A DNA stretch of 54,929 nucleotides, the filler included, from Ionaspis alba (taxonomy: Eukaryota): NCBI GenBank assembly GCA_964255285.1. It is 4 parts of 4 records of this genome, joined end to end, with 100 filler letters (N's around TTAATTAATTAA, not from the genome) between each part and the next. Parts side by side here need not be neighbours in the genome. Positions count along the whole stretch, not along the records: positions 41,374 to 54,929 come from CAXUUL010000456.1; 3 more parts are not named here. One strand, written 5' to 3'. Positions within the stretch are counted from its first letter, which is position 1, and every line of letters starts with the position of its first letter. The notes beneath the pieces were generated by a model that saw nothing but the letters and a program-made list of their open reading frames with translations, did not search any database and was not told the DNA's origin. Positions 49,626 through 54,929 of the stretch are shown here, piece by piece. The translations under genes were made by a program, and so were the position numbers.

Positions 49626-50129
49626 CTACTTTCCCACCACGACACCCCACCCTGCCAACCCACTCATACCCGCCAGAATCACCAGAATCGGGGAATGCCA
49701 GATCCCTGCATACCGTCCCATTCCTCCCTTCTTATCCTTCCTCATATACCCCAATCCATACATAACTCGCGCCACACCCCATGCCACTCCCAAGCCAGCA
49801 CTCAGCACCGGATACCTGATGCCAGCGACTAGTAACGTAACGAGGTAGGTGGGCAATGCCTCAAGGAAATTGTAATGAGCGCGTTGGGCGCAATTGAAAA
49901 GATACTTGTCTTGGGATTCGGCAGCTTCGGCAGCGGAGGCGTAGGCATTGGGATAGGGGACTTTGGCAGCCTTGCGTGCAGAGCCTACCAATATTGTGTG
50001 CCAGGTGTTGATGAAGAAGGTAGAGGCGGCGGCCGTCAGAAGGACGTAACTGCGCATAGTTAGACAGGAGCTATCATGTTTTGAGAGTAGAGAGAGGTAC
50101 CCGTATTCGTTGGGAATTGTGACACTCAT
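49626..50129 (-). CDS. MAPEG-family microsomal glutathione S-transferase (MGST3-like)
   Basis: ARKAAKVPYPNAYA, FNCAQRAHYNFLE and ARVMYGLGY. 51-nt intron 50050-50100 (EYG|YVLL). Confidence 0.93.
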   Translation of the reverse strand: MSVTIPNEYGYLSLLSKHDSSCLTMRSYVLLTAAASTFFINTWHTILVGSARKAAKVPYPNAYASAAEAAESQDKYLFNCAQRAHYNFLEALPTYLVTLLVAGIRYPVLSAGLGVAWGVARVMYGLGYMRKDKKGGMGRYAGIWHSPILVILAGMSGLAGWGVVVGK

Positions 50130-50614
50130 GGTGGATGAGAAACAGTTCGCTCAATTGGTGTTCTCGGTCTTGATGCGTCTGTGAGGATGTGAAAAATAGA
50201 CATCTTGACGTGGCGGACCGGGCTACTTAAGTTGAATCTTCAATGCAAACCGGTAGCGCCTAGATTCTCGTTTATGGCCGATTCGGCTTATTTGCCTGCC
50301 GTCTATGCAGCGGCGCGGAGCAATCTGTGAGCCGAGGTCGTTTGATTGGCACATTTTTTGCGTCTGCCTTGCGGTGATTTCTAAGGAATCTTCAATGCAA
50401 CACTTTCATCTGGGTGCATATTACCTATTATCATGACCGACGTGTCCTTTACTTCATCGGATAGCCCAAGGCATCAGTTTCTACTGCTTACTTCGCCGAA
50501 TACCACCATCCTCCTCGTGACGAGACGTCATGGTCCGACGCAAGCCAATGATGATACATGTCTAAGGCTCAGATCAATGATAACCTGCATAAAAGTACAC
50601 GCAGACTAACAACA

Positions 50615-52727
50615 CTATCGTGCCGTCCGATACTTTCCCCTTCGCTGTTCTTCCATCAAACTCTCCTGCTGACTGGGCAAGGGTGCGCGTCTCCTTATAC
50701 CTGCTGCTCCTCCTCCCTGATCAGGCAGCATACCTGGCAGACCATTTCCATTAGTATTTTGCTGTAGAGGCGGAGGTGGAAGGGGAGGAAACCCTGCAGG
50801 TAGTTGAAAATTGGGAAACATGCCAGGAGGCATTTTGGAGAAGTCAAAGTTTGGAGGAGGTGGCGGTATCCCTTGCCCAGGCGCGCCGGGTGGAGGAGGA
50901 ACCATGATTTTCCCTTCCGCCATAAGTGCAGCAAATTCCCCTGGATCCATGTGAGCGATACCATTGGGTGAGGGCAGTCCAGCGGGAAGGCCTCCCAACA
51001 CAGGGAATCGAGGTTGAGTGGTACCTGTGCTCCCAGCATCCTTTTGGCCTAGAGACGGAATTGAAAGGCCTGGAAGTCCGGGGATTATGGGCTGCTTGGC
51101 CGGCATTTTCTGGTCTACAAGACCTTCTGCCTCATCCTCCATTTCCTGCTCCTCTTCTTCTCGCGTCATTTTCGCTCCTCCGCGTCTGTCCCAAGTTCCC
51201 TGAGCTACAGCAGCTGCTTCCCCAATGTGATATCGATCGTTGAAGCAGTCAACTTCCCCCGGTCGAGCCCGAGTCCAGAAACGAGTCACTCTGTCATTGG
51301 AACCAGAAGCCAGGATATGACCTAGTGGATGCCAGCTCAGGGACCATACAGCAAAGTCGTGTGCGTACTGCAATCGATGTGCAGGATATATCGTTTGTGC
51401 AGGTGCATTACTTGGGTCTGGGCTGTCGTATGGGGGTATCGAAGCAGTAACTCCTGGTGGAGAATTTGGCTCGTCCAGAAGATAGTGGAAGATGCTGCCG
51501 TCAGAACCGCCTGTGGTAAGGAGCGAGACATGTATCGGGTGCCATGTCAAGGTTGTGATGTCTTTCTCATGGCCCCGAAGTAGACAGATATCTCGCATCA
51601 TTCGAAGATCGAAGATTCTCGCCGTTTGGTCTCGAGCACAAGTTGCCAGTAGCTGGCCTCTTTTGGGCTCAAAAGATGTCTTGGAAATGGTATTTTTATG
51701 ACCATGAAGTGTAGTCAAGCATCTGCCCGTCCTGGGATCCCACAGCTTGACCTGATGATCTTTAGATCCCGATACCAGAAGACCTTTGGTCGGATGCCAG
51801 TCCACAGATTTCGCATCCCAATTGTGGCCGGTGAGCGTAGATTCTTCTATCCCGGCTGCGAAATCGAATATCTTCAACGTAGCATCATCGCAAGCAGTCA
51901 CAAATTTGGAGTCATTTGGAGAGAAAGCAATGTCTCGTATTGATTCATTATGGGCTTGTATAGCTTTGACATTGTTGAAGTTTGGTTGCCAATATTTGAC
52001 CACTCCATCCTGGTCAGCTGAGATCAGCCAATCTTCGCTATGGGAGTATGCTGCAGCACGGATCGCACTATCATGAGCCTGTCAATCGATTAGTCCGTGA
52101 TCAAATGATTGACTTTCGCCCTGTTGGAAAGCCTCACCTGCATGATCGTCTCGAAATTGAAGGCCATCCCATTCCATAACGTGAATTCCCCACTGCTCGA
52201 ACCAGTCAGGCACCGACGACCCTCCGGCGTCCATCGCACAATGTTGATAGGGTGTTTGATTTTATTCAGAGATGAATGAAGGTGTTTTGCGGGAACCGTG
52301 TTGGCAGGATTATGTGGGTTTGCAGCTGGAGGAAGCATCTAGCAGGAGCACAAGCATCAGATACAGGATATGATGACAATGGTATTCTGTCGAGCTCCGT
52401 ACATCGACTATATAGCTCGGACTGGGTCTTTCTACTTCCATAACTACTCCTCCTCTGTATCGTGGCCGTCGATGCCTCATCCACTGCAACATAGACGATC
52501 CATAGTCCGTAACTGGTCCTAGATGGTTGTCAGCAGTTGAGCTGGTACCGAAGCCTCGCGGTATGATGACAAAGTGCCGAAGGAGAAATGGTTGCATGCA
52601 ACTAACTTCGTCCAACCATTCTCCTGTGTCCACCCTCATATCCTCCTCCTCCTCCTCCTCCTCCTCCTGCTGCACCACCACCACCACCACCACCGTACCC
52701 GCTTTGGTAGTCTCTGTCTCGATCCAT
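50615..52727 (-). CDS. PFS2: Polyadenylation factor subunit 2 (Pfs2/WDR33), WD40 protein with Pro/Gly-rich tail
   Basis: [72 protein letters not shown] and [23 protein letters not shown] 52727, three introns. Confidence 0.95.
52642..52692 (-). repeat. Coding (GGT)n/(GGA)n trinucleotide microsatellites encoding poly-Gly in Pfs2
   Basis: (CCT)n and (CAC)n runs on the + strand give GGGGGGGAAGGGGGGGG on the - strand. Confidence 0.9.
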
Positions 52728-53246
52728 AGAGGGTCCAGGCTCGTGGAATCAATGTTGCATTCTGTCGAAGGTATTTGAAGGTCTGTGCGAAGCAGCTTCG
52801 CAGTATGTATCGAAACGTGCTTGCACAAGTGCAGCTCAAGATGTCAAGCAGAGGAGGTGAAGCATTCTTGAGCATCGACGAATTCATAACTCCATGAGAC
52901 AGCACAAATCCGCGTCTCCTGCATAATCTAGCTTGCCCAGCAGTATAACTTTAAAGCGCGCGATGCGAGGATAACCCCAACATTTACACCGGCCCGAACC
53001 ACCCAAACATTGAACGTCCGACCAATTTTCTTTTCTTCACTATTGTTCAGCTCCTTCCTTCCTTCAGTTGATAATGGACTGGTTGCAGTTTAATGGTAGA
53101 TCCAAAGAGCTGTCCAAATTTGACCCACTATTTTGCAGTTGATTTCTATTTGTCCTCGGGAAAGATTCTTTTCGAATCTTTTTCTGCGTCATTCCTTTCC
53201 GTGCAAGAAAAGTCAATTGTCTTCCCTCTTCTCCGAACATATAGCA

Positions 53247-54928
53247 ATGGCTTCGCTGGATGGAGAGATCAAGAGTGAGATATCAGAAGAGGTCAACGAT
53301 TCTCCCGTGTCACACGCCAACGGCGGTACTGTCCCGAAGTCTTGCCCAGCACGGAAACGCTGTCTCGAAAAATACCGACATATTGCTGCGGTTCACTCGA
53401 AGCCTCGAACGTCATGCTTGAGCCATGACTCGGATGCAGCCCCCAGCTTTCTTGGTTTCAGAAACTTGATGGTCATTGTACTAAGTTAGTTTACTTTCCC
53501 TGGTCCCCTGCATTGATCACATTGCATTGATGTCCAGCCAATAGATAAACTGATACTCTCGTGCAGTTGTCATGAATCTACGGCTCATCGTAGAGAACTT
53601 CATGAAGGCAAGCTTCATGTCGAGAACGACCGAAGCACTAGACTAACCCATTATCAGTATGGCGTTTTGATTTGCTTGCGTTGCCACGACATTCGACGCC
53701 AGGACCTGACCCTTGGCGCCATTCTATATCTACTCGCACCGTGTCATCTGTTCGTGGCCTATATCATTGAGCTTGTTGCTGCCCAACAAGCTCAGGGGGC
53801 TATAGGCCGTCGTAAGAGAAGCGAAGAAGGGCCGCCGCGCGCTCAGCATGACTCAGAGCGACGAATCCATGACTCGACATGGCGGAACGTAGGGCTTGCG
53901 CATGCTGCGAACGCTACGTTATGTCTTCTCTTTTCTTCCGTTGTGGTTTTCTACTACATCCATCATCCTCTGATTGGCACAATTTGCGAGGTCCACGCCA
54001 TTATTGTATGGTTGAAGAATTGCTCCTATGCTTTCACCAACAGAGATTTGCGGCATGCGCTGCTGAATCCAAGTTCGGCAACCAATCTGCCAGAAATCTA
54101 CTTGACTTTGCCATATCCAAAAAATATTACACTAGGCAACCTTTCGTACTTCTGGTGGGCGCCGACCCTGGTATACCAGCCTGTGTACCCGCGATCCTCC
54201 GAGATTCGATGGAGTTTCGTTGCCAAACGCCTGCTTGAAGTAGCCGGATTGAGTGTGTTCATCTGGCTCGCTTCAGCCCAATATGCTGCACCAGTCTTAC
54301 GGAATTCTCTCAACAAGATGGCTGCCCTCGATATTACTTCAATCCTGGAACGGTTGATGAAGCTCTCTACCATATCATTGATTATCTGGCTTGCCGGCTT
54401 CTTTGCCGTCTTCCAGTCCGCGCTGAATGCCTTGGCTGAAGTGATGATGTTCGGTGATAGAGAATTTTATACGGACTGGTGGAATAGTCCGAGTGTCGGG
54501 ACCTACTGGCGAACGTGGAACAAGCCTGTCTATCATTTCATGAGGCGCCATATTTATTCGCCATTAATCGGGCGAGGATGGAGCTCCTCCTCTGCTAGTA
54601 TCATGGTCTTTGTCTTTTCAGGGTTTCTCCACGAGTTCTTGGTTGGAATACCAACTCACAATATTTTAGGTAAGTACTACGGCCGCTGCTGTTATAGGCA
54701 ACATTGACAATTGCCGTGGCAGGTGTGGCTTTTCTCGGCATGGTGGTGCAGATCCCGCTCATTGCCGGTACTCTTCCATTAGAAGAGATGCAAGGAATCA
54801 ACGGCAAGATCATTGGGAATTGTATCTTTTGGGTCAGCTTCTGTCTTGTTGGACAGCCACTTGCCGCCCTACTATACTTCTTTGCATGGCAAGCCAAATA
54901 TGGCAGTGTTAGTAGGATGCCCAAATAA
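53247..54928 (+). CDS. MBOAT acyltransferase, DGAT1/sterol O-acyltransferase family
   Basis: HSKPRTSCLS, SFLGFRNL, NLRLIVENFMK|YGVLI, APTLVYQPVYPR, FGDREFYTDWWN, YWRTWNKPV and catalytic SGFLHE. Introns 53485-53565, 53608-53657 (GC-AG) and 54670-54722. TAA ends at 54928. Confidence 0.95.
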
Positions 54929-54929
54929 A

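Noticed and set aside
41596..54928. Apparent clustering of membrane, lipid and organelle genes (PEX8, STE14, TIM13, lectin, GST, DGAT) as a functional cluster
   Set aside because: These are unrelated housekeeping pathways with no biosynthetic backbone enzyme, and a gap separates PEX8 from the rest.

Overview
Gene-dense, intron-rich genomic DNA from a filamentous ascomycete (Pezizomycotina; inferred from ~50-nt GT-AG introns with CTRAC-type branch points, Zn2Cys6 factors, Pex8 and fungal adenylate cyclase). It is a draft scaffold with six 100-nt gaps, three of which carry an artificial TTAATTAATTAA linker, so adjacency across gaps is unproven. About 24 protein-coding loci can be supported. Housekeeping genes: adenylate cyclase, cytosolic TyrRS, mitochondrial L2, B-type cyclin, THOC3, stomatin-like protein, Aim11, phosphopantothenate-cysteine ligase, Pex8, Ste14/ICMT, a sugar O-acetyltransferase, Tim13, an L-type lectin, a MAPEG GST, Pfs2 and a DGAT1/ACAT-type MBOAT. 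There are also two Zn2Cys6 transcription factors and several orphans. Most unusual: a secreted, bacterial-type (SsuA/NMT1-like) solute-binding protein with no ABC partner; an uncharacterised HerA/FtsK-like ATPase beside a possibly decayed F-box-like/TPR-like locus; and a UGA-CGG stop on STE14 whose readthrough would add a C-terminal SRL (PTS1). No tRNA, rRNA, CRISPR array or intact transposon was recognised. All family assignments are from motif recognition by eye, with no database search.
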